64,000 bases of DNA, from assembly GCA_035347995.1 (NCBI GenBank), contig DAOPQD010000005.1, positions 6,433 to 70,432 on the forward strand, written 5' to 3'. The notes under the pieces were generated by a model, which was given only the letters and a program-made list of their open reading frames with translations, was not told the origin of the DNA and made no database searches. This stretch comes from Anaerolineae bacterium (GTDB lineage Bacteria; Chloroflexota; Anaerolineae; B4-G1; SLSP01). Of this stretch, positions 46,129-55,666 are shown piece by piece. Positions within the stretch are counted from its first letter, which is position 1, and every line of letters starts with the position of its first letter. Made by a program: the position numbers and the translations under genes.

Positions 46129-46668
46129 CTATTCGGGCAAGTGCAATTCCTGACCCACGCGGATGAGGTTGGGGTCCTTGATCTGATCGCGGTTGAGTTC
46201 GAAGATCTCCGGCCAGCGGGCGGCGCTGCCCAGCTGTTCCCTGGCGATCTTGCTCAGGCTGTCGCCGGGCTTGACCACATAAGTCCGCTTTTTAGCCTCC
46301 GCGGCAGCCTGGACCGCTGCAGCGCGTTCCTCCGCAATCCGGGCTGCTTCCTCAGCCAGCTGCTTCTCCAACTCCTGTTTGCGCGCCGCCGCTTCCGCCT
46401 CGAACTTCGCATGGGAAGCCGCCACACGCGCCTGAGCCTCAGCGGCCTTAACGGCCTCTTCGGCCTCTTTAGCCTTGCGCTCCGCTTCAGCCGCCCGCGC
46501 CTCAGCGAGTTGACGCAAGGCCGCTTCACGCGCCGCTTCAGCCTTGGCTTCTTCCGCGGCCTTGGCAGCTTCTGCAGCGGCCTCTTTCTCATCGCGCGTG
46601 GTCAGCGCATCAACAGCCCTGTCAAACAACCCGGGCTTCTTTTTTTTCTCCTCTTCAGCCATTTCCAT
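46129..46668 (-). CDS. LysM domain protein with Ala/Glu/Lys-rich coiled-coil N-terminus
   Basis: C-terminus YVVKPGDSLSKIAREQLG..RWPEIFELNRDQIKDPNLIRVGQEL is a LysM domain. Confidence 0.85.
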   Translation of the reverse strand: MEMAEEEKKKKPGLFDRAVDALTTRDEKEAAAEAAKAAEEAKAEAAREAALRQLAEARAAEAERKAKEAEEAVKAAEAQARVAASHAKFEAEAAARKQELEKQLAEEAARIAEERAAAVQAAAEAKKRTYVVKPGDSLSKIAREQLGSAARWPEIFELNRDQIKDPNLIRVGQELHLPE

Positions 46669-46713
46669 TCCTCCTCTACTAAAATGTTTGATCGTATGAA
46701 GTATGAACTGGAA

Positions 46714-47529
46714 CTACTTGCGACCCAGAAAAGCCTGCAACATACTCTGCGCGATCAGGCTACCCGCTGCGGCGCGCGGCGTCACAGGTTTCTGAGTCTG
46801 CCCACCCAACAAGGCTTTGATCAAAGCCTGCTGCATGGCCTGTGAAGAGTCGGCGCCCGTCTGCCGGGCCTGGAAGTAAGCGATGCCGGCAGGGAGCAAC
46901 CGCTCCAGTACCTCCCCCAGGTCAAGGGTGTCGTCCTGAGCGGGAGCCGTTGGCTGCGCCGGCGGGGGAGGCGCCGTCTGTGAGGGCGACACGCCTATCA
47001 GCCCCTTCAACAGATCCATCAAGCTCCCGCCTGACGTAGGTTGCGGCTCAGGAGCTGGCTCCGGCTGCGCCTGCCGGGCACCGGCCATGCCCAACACCAT
47101 ATCGAGCACGCTTTCCGTCGGCTGCCCTTCCTGCGGATTGCCGGTTGCCGGCACAGCTCCCAGAAGCGATTCGATCAACGTCATCACGTCGCCCTGTTCC
47201 AGCGACGTATGTCCACCCAGCTTTTGGGCGGCCTGAGCTAAACCCTGGCTGTAATAAGGGCTGGTTCCACCTCGCCCCTGCACCTGCAACGTCTCAGCGG
47301 CGCGCTGCAGCGCCTCAGCAGGCGGTTTGTCTCCCTGCGAGGACAGCGCCCCGGTGATGATTTGCAGGTTCTGCACCATATTGTCGCCGTGATTGCCATT
47401 GAAACCATCCAGCGCATTGATTTCTTCTCGCTGCGCCGCCACACTGCGAAGTGCGGCTCCAAAAAGGTCGGCAAGAGTTGGGGAAGTTTGTGATTTAACC
47501 GTCTCTGACATAGCGCCTCCATCACTCAT
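46714..47529 (-). CDS. hypothetical protein, weak DAK2/DhaL-like N-terminal motif
   Basis: 271 aa. INALDGFNGNHGDNMVQN resembles the DhaL LD..GDGDHG.NM motif. Pro/Gln-rich linker. Function uncertain. Confidence 0.55.
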   Translation of the reverse strand: MSDGGAMSETVKSQTSPTLADLFGAALRSVAAQREEINALDGFNGNHGDNMVQNLQIITGALSSQGDKPPAEALQRAAETLQVQGRGGTSPYYSQGLAQAAQKLGGHTSLEQGDVMTLIESLLGAVPATGNPQEGQPTESVLDMVLGMAGARQAQPEPAPEPQPTSGGSLMDLLKGLIGVSPSQTAPPPPAQPTAPAQDDTLDLGEVLERLLPAGIAYFQARQTGADSSQAMQQALIKALLGGQTQKPVTPRAAAGSLIAQSMLQAFLGRK

Positions 47530-47835
47530 CGCTCTGAAAGAAGAACAGTGGCGTGCCAGACGTCACCCTGGCGAACTTTGACTGCAGGAGTAACAACGTT
47601 ACCTTCATCTTAGCGGAGTTCATAATAATGTCAATACCCCGGACATCAATTCAAAATGCATTATTTTAACATATAACAAAATATCCCATGGCCCCGACGT
47701 CTCAAGAAGCCCGCCCGGCGCCGGGGCGACTTTCTCCGGGATGTTTCTGCGACCACAGCCGATACACCCAGCAATAGCCTTTGTAGAGGTAACTGTTCAG
47801 CCACTGACTAAAAAACGCAAGATTTCCTGGTGATC

Positions 47836-48085
47836 GCTGAAGATTGAGAATCAACTTTTGCCCCCTATCCCCTGGCCCCTTCCCCCCGCGCGCGGGGGGA
47901 AGGGGAACTTTTTTTGTGGGGTTTTGCAGGCGGGCTACGCCCGCCTGCAAAACCCCTTATTTTTTCTCCCCCTCCCCAACGGCGCAAACGCCGTTGGGGA
48001 GGGGGCAGGGGGTGGGGCAAAAGCTACAGCTTACAAAGGTTCATCCATCGCCGTCGAGCTACCTGGCGCCAGGCTGAACAGTCAC
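47836..48085 (+). repeat. modular GC-hairpin repeat, copy B (about 250 nt, carries one extra hairpin module)
   Basis: Colinear with 13459..13659. The extra perfect 17-bp hairpin at 47918-47956 is absent from copy A. The right end overlaps the stop codon of the pentapeptide gene. Confidence 0.8.
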
Positions 48086-48936
48086 TTGTAGAGAATATCA
48101 GGAGCAAAACAGAACGTCAGCCCTCCCACAAGCGCCGCCGGGACGCCGCCGATGAGTAAGCCTCGCGTTTCGGGGAGTTGAAGCCAGGCCGTCATTGCCA
48201 CCATCAGCCACAGGAAAAGCGCCAGCGAGAATGGCACGATGGCAGCAAAAACGCTGAGCCTGGTGAATAACGGCATGAGCCGGCTTTCCAGAGCCTTGGG
48301 ATTCCGCAAACCGCGCACCAGCAGCCAGATGCGTCCGGAAATCTGGGCGTCGCGTAAATCCGTGCCACCGACCGTCGTGCGATCCCAGATAGCGCCTTCC
48401 AGGTGCGCCCCTTTCAAAACCGTGTGCTGGAATTTCGCCCTCAGGAGAATGGCGCCCTCCAAATCGGCGCCGGTCAAATCGGCATAGGCGAGATCCGCCC
48501 CGCTAAGATCGGCGCGCAGGAAGGTGGCCCCGCGCAAATCCGCGCCAACAAGGTTCGCCCCGGTCAGGGTAGCATGATCCAAGACAGCGCCGGGCAGCTG
48601 CGCCCGTTGCAGCATGGCCGCGCTCAGGTCAGCATGTTCAAGGTTGGCGTGCGCCAGCGCCGCGCTGGTGAGATTCGCCTCACAGAACATCGCGCCGGCA
48701 GCCTGGGCCGTCTCTAAATCCGCGTGGACGAGACTGGCTTTGGTGAAATCGGCCTGGTGCAGATTCAGGTTGCGCAATCTGGCATTATCAAGGCGCGCGT
48801 GGCAGAATCTGGCCCCCGCGAGTTCACACTTCTCGAAAGCCGCCTCTCGCAAATCCGCATACGCAAAATCGCGGAGGGTGAAATCTTCCCCTTTAAATGT
48901 CTGGCCAAAGAACTGCTTATCTGTCGCGCCTGCCAT
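48082..48936 (-). CDS. pentapeptide-repeat protein with C-terminal TM segments
   Basis: 284 aa. Long run of A(D/N)LxG-type pentads (ADLRGATFLRADLSGADLAYADLTGADLEGA). Confidence 0.85.
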   Translation of the reverse strand: MAGATDKQFFGQTFKGEDFTLRDFAYADLREAAFEKCELAGARFCHARLDNARLRNLNLHQADFTKASLVHADLETAQAAGAMFCEANLTSAALAHANLEHADLSAAMLQRAQLPGAVLDHATLTGANLVGADLRGATFLRADLSGADLAYADLTGADLEGAILLRAKFQHTVLKGAHLEGAIWDRTTVGGTDLRDAQISGRIWLLVRGLRNPKALESRLMPLFTRLSVFAAIVPFSLALFLWLMVAMTAWLQLPETRGLLIGGVPAALVGGLTFCFAPDILYK

Positions 48937-49057
48937 CTTCCCCTCCTTATCATGCCGCGCCTGAAACGCCGCTCACATCTTAGTACAGCAAGACATCGCG
49001 GATATATCAACGCGGATTGAATGTTGACCTCACCACCGCAACGGACAATGCTCCGAC

Positions 49058-50032
49058 TCAAGCGTAGACTTGAGGGTTGACGCAATGCGGCAGGCGTTCG
49101 CCGCGCAGGCCCGCCAGCAGGTTTTCGGCAGCGAGGACGGCCATCCGCGTGCGCGCAGTGACACTGGCGCTAGCGATGTGCGGCGTGATGAGGCAATTGG
49201 GCAGTCCTACCAGCGGATGGGTCGGCGGCAGCGGCTCGGGATCGGTCACATCGAGCGCGGCGCCGGCGATCCAGCCCTCGCGCAACGCCTGGAGCAGCGC
49301 CTCCTGTTGCACCACCGCCCCACGCGCCGTGTTGATGAGGATCGCGGTAGGCCGCATCCTTCGCAGCTCGCGCGCCCCGATCAGACCGCGCGTCTCCGGC
49401 GTGAGCGGGCAGTGGAGGCTCACGAAATCCGCCTCAGCCAACAACGTCTCCAAGGGCACACACTCCGCGCCCAGCGCTGCCCCTTCCGCCTTGCAGCGCG
49501 GGTCGGTGAACAGGACCCGCATGGCAAACCCCTTGCCGCGCCGCGCCATCGCCTGCCCGATGCGGCCCAGTCCGATCACGCCGAGCGTCGCGCCCCAGAC
49601 ATCCTGACCCAGCAACGTCTGCGGTCCCCACGTATGCCATTCGCCCTGCCGGACGTTGGCGCTGCCCTCCGGGAGGCGTCGCGCCGCCGCCATCAACAAG
49701 GCGAAGGCGAAATCAGCGGTCGCGTCGGTGAGGACGTCGGGGGTATTGCCCACGGGAATGCGCCGCGCCGTCGCCGCGGCGACGTCAATGTTGTCATAGC
49801 CCACGGCATATTGGCTGATGACGCGCAAGCGCGGGGCGGCGGCCAGAAGCGCCGCATCAATCGGATCCGAAAGCAGGGTAAGCAGCCCTTCCGCCTCGGC
49901 GACGGCCTCCAGCAACGTCTCGCGGGGCACCGGCAGAGGCGAGGGCCAGACCTGGACTTCGCCTTCGGCCCGGAGCAAGTCCAGGCCGGCAGCGGGAATT
50001 TGGCGGGTGACATAGATGCGAGGGCGGTTCAT
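49058..50032 (-). CDS. D-2-hydroxyacid dehydrogenase (glyoxylate/hydroxypyruvate reductase-like)
   Basis: 324 aa. [35 protein letters not shown]. Confidence 0.9.
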   Translation of the reverse strand: MNRPRIYVTRQIPAAGLDLLRAEGEVQVWPSPLPVPRETLLEAVAEAEGLLTLLSDPIDAALLAAAPRLRVISQYAVGYDNIDVAAATARRIPVGNTPDVLTDATADFAFALLMAAARRLPEGSANVRQGEWHTWGPQTLLGQDVWGATLGVIGLGRIGQAMARRGKGFAMRVLFTDPRCKAEGAALGAECVPLETLLAEADFVSLHCPLTPETRGLIGARELRRMRPTAILINTARGAVVQQEALLQALREGWIAGAALDVTDPEPLPPTHPLVGLPNCLITPHIASASVTARTRMAVLAAENLLAGLRGERLPHCVNPQVYA

Positions 50033-50477
50033 GGTCGGATTCCTCCTTTTGGGAAAATGCCCCTTGTCAAAATGCCTGTTTCAGTGTACACTTGTTGAGT
50101 ATACGGTTGGTGGCGGATTTGACAAACCGACCGCATGAAAGAGCTTTTTTCCGGCAATCATTGCCGCCGCCAGGAATTGAATGCCGTTTTGAGCCGCGCC
50201 GGACTGCTACTGGAGTAGAAAGCGCAGTTCAAGACTCTCAGGGTGACACACCCTGACGCTGGAAAGCTGTAGCCGTTGACGAACCCCGGCCGGGGATAAA
50301 TCAGGTTTTGCGCGAGGCCGGGTTCAAGCATTGACCAGCTACCTCAGACAGGCTCTTAGCCTTAAAGGGTTTATGCGACTGCTGCCAGATAAAGGGTAGG
50401 GCAGCGGCAAGAGGGTTAAGAGAAAGATGGTGTAGGCCGTTCCCAACACTTTGGGGAACGGTGGTTTGTGCTATACA

Positions 50478-50517
50478 ACACGGCTACGGCCTTCTGGCTG
50501 TAGCCGTGTCTGTTTTG
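50478..50517 (+). terminator. terminator-like hairpin 9 nt upstream of the recX start
   Basis: acacggctac / gtagccgtgt stem followed by CTGTTTTGG. It closes a roughly 490-nt ORF-free region. Confidence 0.45.
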
Positions 50518-50525
50518 GAGAGTGC

Positions 50526-51167
50526 ATGAGCGGAAGGATCACCGCCCTGGAACCGCAGAAGCATTCCAGTGAGCGGGTCAACGTGTATCTGGATGGGGAA
50601 TTCGCGTTTGGGTTGGCTCTCAGCGCCGCAGTATCGCTGCACCTCGGGGAAACCCTCACTGACCCCGAGATTGCCGCGCTAAAGGCCACCGATGAAGTGG
50701 AACGCGCCCGCGAGAAAGCGTTAAATTATCTCTCATATCGCCCGCGCAGCGAGGCTGAAGTCCGACGCTATCTCGAGGAACGGGAATTCTCCCCCCAGAC
50801 CGTGGATGAGGTCATCGAGCGTCTTTGCCAGGTGGGGTTGATAGATGACGATGCTTTCGCCAGATTCTGGGTCGAGAACCGCAGCCGGTTCCGTCCCCGA
50901 GGCGAACGCGCGTTGGCGCAGGAATTGCGACAGCACGGCATTGCTCCCGCGGTCATCACCAAAGCATTGGGCGATTATGATGCCGTCGCGGCAGCCGAGA
51001 CGTATGCCCGCGAGCAAGCGCGGCGGTTAGCCGGCTTGCCCCCTGAACAATTCCGTCGCCGTCTGGCTGAACGCCTGGCACGTCGTGGCTTTGCGTATGA
51101 CCTCATTGAAGACCTCCTCACGCGCTATGCCTCTCCCGATGCCATCAATCTAGAAATCGAGGAGTGA
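50526..51167 (+). CDS. recX: recombination regulator RecX
   Basis: Starts MSGRITALEPQ. Also RVNVYLDGEFAFGL, ALNYLSYRPRSEAEVRRYL, three-repeat helical layout. Confidence 0.85.
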   Translation: MSGRITALEPQKHSSERVNVYLDGEFAFGLALSAAVSLHLGETLTDPEIAALKATDEVERAREKALNYLSYRPRSEAEVRRYLEEREFSPQTVDEVIERLCQVGLIDDDAFARFWVENRSRFRPRGERALAQELRQHGIAPAVITKALGDYDAVAAAETYAREQARRLAGLPPEQFRRRLAERLARRGFAYDLIEDLLTRYASPDAINLEIEE

Positions 51168-52702
51168 AATACATGGAATGGATCTACGCAGTCATCGCAG
51201 CACTGCTGGGATTGGCTATTGGCGGAGCGGTCGGCTACTTCTTCCGCCAACAGCAATATCAACAGCAAATGGGGAATCTGGAGGGCATGCGCAAGCGGCT
51301 CTTGGAGGAATCCGAGAAGCAAGCGCGCGAAATCGTGCTCGCCGCACGCGACGAGAGCTACCGCCTGCGAGAGGAGGCCGACAAGGAGCTCGAGACGCGC
51401 CGCACGCAGTTGCGACAGGAAGAAGAACGCCTGCAACGCCGGCGGGAACAGCTGGACCAGCGCCAGGAACAGATGGACCGCAAAGAGCAGGCGCTGAACA
51501 AACGGCAGAGCACCGTTGACAAGCGCTGGAACGAGTTGGAAAAACTGGAGACCCAACGTCGGGAAGAATTGGAGCGGGTCGCCAATCTTTCTACTGAAGA
51601 AGCGCGCAACATTCTGCTGGAGCAGGTAGCGCAGGAGACCCGGCAGGACATGGCGCGGGTGATCCGCGAAGAGGAGTTCTACGCTCAGGAAGAGGCCGAG
51701 CGGCGGGCGCGACAGATCATCACCACGGCGGTGCAGCGCATCGCCGGCGAGCAGGTGGCGGAACTGACCACCAAGACCATCGAAATCCCCTCCGACGAAC
51801 TCAAAGGTCGCATCATCGGGCGCGGCGGACGCAACATCCGCGTCTTCGAGCAAAAAGCCGGCGTGGATGTGATTGTGGATGACAGCCCTGAGGTGATCAC
51901 CATCTCGTCCTTCGACCCCATCCGGCGCGAGGTGGCGGCGCGAACGATGCACAAGCTCGTCGCCGATGGACGCATCCACCCGGCGCGCATCGAGCAATTG
52001 CTGGCGAAATCCCGCAAGGAAGTGGCGGACACGATCCGCGAACAGGGCGAGCGCGCCGTCTATGAGGCGGAAGTGCCGGGCCTGCATCCTGAAATCGTCA
52101 AACTGTTGGGACAGCTCTACTTCCGCACCAGCTACGGCCAGAATCAGCTGGCACATTCGATCGAGGTTGCCAAGCTCGCCAGCCTGTTGGCGGCAGAGCT
52201 CGGCGCTGACGAGAAAATCTCCCGCATGGGAGGGCTGCTGCACGACCTGGGAAAGGCCGTGGATTTTGAGGTCGAGGGCACCCACGCGGCCATCGGGGCC
52301 GAAATCGCCCGGCGGTACGGCGTGCCCGAGACGGTGGTCAACTGCATTGAGGGGCACCATCACGAAGTGGATCAGACGTCCCTGGAGGCGGTGCTCGTCG
52401 AAGCGGCCGATGCCATCTCTGGCGCACGCCCCGGGGCGCGGCGCGAAAGCCTGGAGCACTACATCAAGCGCATCCGCACGCTGGAGGAAATCGCCCACTC
52501 CTTCAACGGCGTCGAGGAATCCTACGCGATCCAGGCCGGGCGCGAGGTGCGCATCATCGTCAAGCCCGGCGAGATTGATGACCTGGATGCCCTGCGGCTT
52601 TCCCGCGAGGTCGCCCGCAAGATCGAGGACACGCTGCAATATCCGGGGCAGATCAAGGTGACGGTGATCCGCGAGACGCGCTCGGTAGAATACGCCAAGT
52701 AA
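51164..52702 (+). CDS. rny: ribonuclease Y
   Basis: 512 aa. N-terminal TM helix, coiled coil, KH (LKGRIIGRGGRNIR), HD domain (HSIEVA..LLHDLGKA). Confidence 0.9.
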   Translation: MKYMEWIYAVIAALLGLAIGGAVGYFFRQQQYQQQMGNLEGMRKRLLEESEKQAREIVLAARDESYRLREEADKELETRRTQLRQEEERLQRRREQLDQRQEQMDRKEQALNKRQSTVDKRWNELEKLETQRREELERVANLSTEEARNILLEQVAQETRQDMARVIREEEFYAQEEAERRARQIITTAVQRIAGEQVAELTTKTIEIPSDELKGRIIGRGGRNIRVFEQKAGVDVIVDDSPEVITISSFDPIRREVAARTMHKLVADGRIHPARIEQLLAKSRKEVADTIREQGERAVYEAEVPGLHPEIVKLLGQLYFRTSYGQNQLAHSIEVAKLASLLAAELGADEKISRMGGLLHDLGKAVDFEVEGTHAAIGAEIARRYGVPETVVNCIEGHHHEVDQTSLEAVLVEAADAISGARPGARRESLEHYIKRIRTLEEIAHSFNGVEESYAIQAGREVRIIVKPGEIDDLDALRLSREVARKIEDTLQYPGQIKVTVIRETRSVEYAK

Positions 52703-52725
52703 GCACGGGCTTCCCGAACGTCCAT

Positions 52726-52758
52726 CCGGCGCAGCGACGCAGCTGCGCCGGATTTTTT
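52726..52758 (+). terminator. rho-independent terminator after rny
   Basis: ccggcgcagc / gctgcgccgg perfect 10-bp stem followed by ATTTTTTAA. Confidence 0.8.
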
Positions 52759-53085
52759 AACCGTCGGCAGCGGGGGACTCCAGCCGCGGCAGACGGACCC
52801 GCACCGCGCTGCCCTCCTCCGGCCAGCTCTCGATGGTGATGACGCCATGCAGCCCTTCGACCAGGGCTTTGGCGATCGGCAGTCCCAACCCGAATCCCGC
52901 AGCCTCCGTAGCCGCGTCCCGGTAAAAGCGGTCGAAGACGGGCGGCAGCAGCTCCGGCGCGATGCCCGGCCCTCCATCGCGCACTTCGAGCAGCACAGAC
53001 GTGGCTTCCACCGTGACGGTGACCGTGATGGGACCTTGCGAGTGCTTCGGCGACGGGATCGAGGAACAGCGCGTTGGGGTCGGCG
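52757..53085 (-). pseudogene. remnant of a histidine-kinase gene (HATPase_c fragment only)
   Basis: G1/F/G2 boxes are intact (VRDGGPGI, FDRFYR, GFGLGLPI). The N-box region is frameshifted and shortened (ADPNAL in one frame, KHS in another). No HisKA or sensor part upstream. Confidence 0.6.
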
Positions 53086-53189
53086 CCAAGCCGTGACCCC
53101 GCGCAGAACGCGCACACTTGTCAGACTTCCAAGAGTGAGTATACTGAAAACACTGGCGTATGACAGTAACTCGCACACGAGGGAATAAC

Positions 53190-54125
53190 ATGAATCCACG
53201 GTTCTCAGTTGTAGCCCCAGTATTTAATGAAGAAGCGCTGATCGAGGAATTCTACCAGCGCGTCCGCAATGTGATGGAAGGGATAGGCGAGCCGTGGGAG
53301 CTCGTGCTCGTCAACGATGGCAGCCGCGACCGCTCCCCGCAGCTGCTGGATCAACTTTACGCCCAAGACCCCGAACATGTCGTCGTCCTCCATTTCTCCC
53401 GCAATTTTGGGCACCAGCTGGCCATCACCGCCGGGTCGGATTACGCCCGCGGGGACGCCGTGACCGTCATTGATTCCGACCTGCAAGATCCGCCGGAGGT
53501 CATCCCCGAATTTATCGCCAAATGGCGCGAGGGATACGAGGTCGTCTACGGCGTGCGCGCTGAACGCGAGGGGGAGACGTGGTTCAAGCTCTTCACCGCC
53601 GACCTCTTCTACCGGCTCATCCAGGCGCTCACGGATGTCGTCATCCCCATGGAAGCGGGCGATTTCCGCCTGCTGGACCGCAAGGTGGTGGAAGTGATGC
53701 GGGAGATGCACGAGGGGCACCGCTTCGTGCGCGCGATGGTGTCGTGGGTCGGCTTCCGGCAGATCGGCGTGCCCTATCGCCGGTTAGCGCGCAAAGCGGG
53801 GGAGAGCAAGTATCCCTTCCGCAAGATGTTTCGGCTGGCGCTGGACGCCATCACGGGCTTCTCCTTCCTCCCCCTGAAGCTGGCCCTGTGGTGCGGCGCG
53901 CTGGCCACGGTCGCCGGGCTGATCATGGCGCTGGTATTACTCATCCTGCGGCTCAACGGCAGCATGCCCCTCGCCGGACAAGGACTCACCGCCAGCCTCG
54001 TCCTCTTCATGGGCGGCGTGCAGCTCCTGGTCATGGGCATCTTGGGCGAGTACCTCGGACGCATCTACGATGAAGTCCGGCGCCGTCCGCTATACATCAT
54101 CCGCGAAATCAAACGCCAGGAATAA
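53190..54125 (+). CDS. family 2 glycosyltransferase (polyprenol-phosphate glycosyltransferase-like, C-terminal TM pair)
   Basis: FSVVAPVFNEE, VNDGSRD, DSDLQDPP, two C-terminal TM helices. Confidence 0.85.
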   Translation: MNPRFSVVAPVFNEEALIEEFYQRVRNVMEGIGEPWELVLVNDGSRDRSPQLLDQLYAQDPEHVVVLHFSRNFGHQLAITAGSDYARGDAVTVIDSDLQDPPEVIPEFIAKWREGYEVVYGVRAEREGETWFKLFTADLFYRLIQALTDVVIPMEAGDFRLLDRKVVEVMREMHEGHRFVRAMVSWVGFRQIGVPYRRLARKAGESKYPFRKMFRLALDAITGFSFLPLKLALWCGALATVAGLIMALVLLILRLNGSMPLAGQGLTASLVLFMGGVQLLVMGILGEYLGRIYDEVRRRPLYIIREIKRQE

Positions 54126-54190
54126 GTGCCGCAGCTGCTTTCCCTGGAAAGTCTGTTTTCAACAATGAGCTTTATCACAAGGAGCATCAC

Positions 54191-55666
54191 ATGGGCCTCT
54201 GGGAAGCATATTACACCGCCACCAGCGTCGAAGAAGCGGTGCGCCTGCTCGCCGAGTATGGGGAGCGCGCGCGCATCGTCGCCGGCGGCACCGATTTGCT
54301 CATCGAGATCGAGCATCAGACGCGCACGCCTGCCGTGCTCATTGACATCACCCGCATTGGCGGATTGGACGAGCTCCGCCTGCGGGATGACGGCCTCATC
54401 CATCTGGGACCGATGGTGACGCACGCGCAGGCAGCCGCCTCGCCACTGCTCCAGGAGCACGCCCTGCCGCTGGCCCAGGCCTGTTGGGGGGTCGGCGCGC
54501 CGGCGCTCCGCAACCGGGGCACCCTCGCCGGGAATCTGGTCACCGCCTCGCCGGCCAACGATACCATCACCGCGCTCCGTGCCCTCGACGCCCATGTCAC
54601 CCTGCGAAGTGCGCACGGCGAACGGCAGGTCCCCCTCGCCGATTTCTACACCGGCGTGCGGCGTACCATCATGGAACCCGAAGAGCTGCTCGTAGGGATC
54701 AGCTTTAAGCCCCTCAAAGAGTCGTATCAAGGGATTTATCTCAAGCTGGGACTGCGGCGCGTCCTTGCCATTGCCGTCACGAATGTCGCCATCGTGCTCG
54801 GCCTCGAGGGAGAACGGGTGAGCGAAGCGCGCCTGGCGCTGGGGAGCGTCGCCCCCACCATCATCCGCGCGCCTGAAGCCGAAGCAGCGCTGCACGGACA
54901 GCCGCTGGATGAAGCGCACATCGCCCAGGCGGCGGAGCTGGCAGCGCAAGCCGCACGGCCCATTGATGACGTGCGCGGCTCCGCCTGGTTCCGCAAGGAA
55001 GAGGTGGCCGCGCTGGTCCGGCGGGGCCTGCAGGCCCTGGCGCGCCATGAACCGCGACTCGACCTGCCCCAACCCGAAACGATGCCGCTGTTGTGGGGCA
55101 AATCCCGCTGCCGTCCGCGACTGGCCGGCCCCACGATCGCCCATCACAGCGAGGGCGAGGAGCCCATCCAGTTCACCGTCAACGGTGAGAATGTCGCCGT
55201 GCGCGGCGCCAACGGCACCACCCTGCTGCATCTCCTGCGCGATGACCTGGGACTCACGGGCACCAAAGTCGGCTGCGAGGAGGGCGAATGCGGCGCCTGC
55301 ACCGTCTGGATGGACGGCGTCGCCGTGCTGGCGTGTCTTACCCCCGCGCCGAGAGCGCACGGGACCAACATCGTCACCATCGAGGGGCTCTCCAAAGGCG
55401 AGTCCCGGCATCCCGTCCAGGAGGCTTTTGTGGAGGAAGACGCCGTCCAGTGCGGCTATTGCACGCCGGGCTTCGTGATGAGCGCCGCGAAGCTATTGGA
55501 AGAACGTCCGCATCCCAGCCGGGAGCAAATTGTCGCCGCCCTCAGTGGCAATCTCTGCCGCTGCACGGGCTACTACAAGATCATCACCGCTGTGGAAAAC
55601 GCCAGCCGGCAACTAAGCGAGAAGCGAGCAGACGCCAGCGATGAAACGCACAGTGCCGACAGTTGA
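54191..55666 (+). CDS. xanthine-dehydrogenase-family FAD-binding subunit fused to a [2Fe-2S] subunit
   Basis: N-terminus AGGTDLL.. (CoxM-like). C-terminus GCEEGECGACTV..CGYCTPGF..NLCRCTGY (CoxS-like). Confidence 0.85.
   Translation: MGLWEAYYTATSVEEAVRLLAEYGERARIVAGGTDLLIEIEHQTRTPAVLIDITRIGGLDELRLRDDGLIHLGPMVTHAQAAASPLLQEHALPLAQACWGVGAPALRNRGTLAGNLVTASPANDTITALRALDAHVTLRSAHGERQVPLADFYTGVRRTIMEPEELLVGISFKPLKESYQGIYLKLGLRRVLAIAVTNVAIVLGLEGERVSEARLALGSVAPTIIRAPEAEAALHGQPLDEAHIAQAAELAAQAARPIDDVRGSAWFRKEEVAALVRRGLQALARHEPRLDLPQPETMPLLWGKSRCRPRLAGPTIAHHSEGEEPIQFTVNGENVAVRGANGTTLLHLLRDDLGLTGTKVGCEEGECGACTVWMDGVAVLACLTPAPRAHGTNIVTIEGLSKGESRHPVQEAFVEEDAVQCGYCTPGFVMSAAKLLEERPHPSREQIVAALSGNLCRCTGYYKIITAVENASRQLSEKRADASDETHSADS

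Noticed and set aside
47702-47950. ORFs overlapping the hairpin repeats: 47702..47950(-), 47844..48091(+) and 13405..13608(-).
   Set aside because: Their translations are Gly/Pro/Arg low-complexity products of the GC palindromes. The reading frames are not conserved between the two repeat copies.
50300-50340. A tRNA-like T-arm (ccgggttcaagc) in the recX upstream region.
   Set aside because: No matching acceptor, D or anticodon stems can be drawn around it, and there is no CCA-proximal pairing.
52522-53199. The overlapping ORFs 52522..53199(-) and 52653..53117(-) as real genes.
   Set aside because: They are alternative frames of the decayed histidine-kinase remnant. Only the 52757-frame carries the G1/F/G2 boxes.
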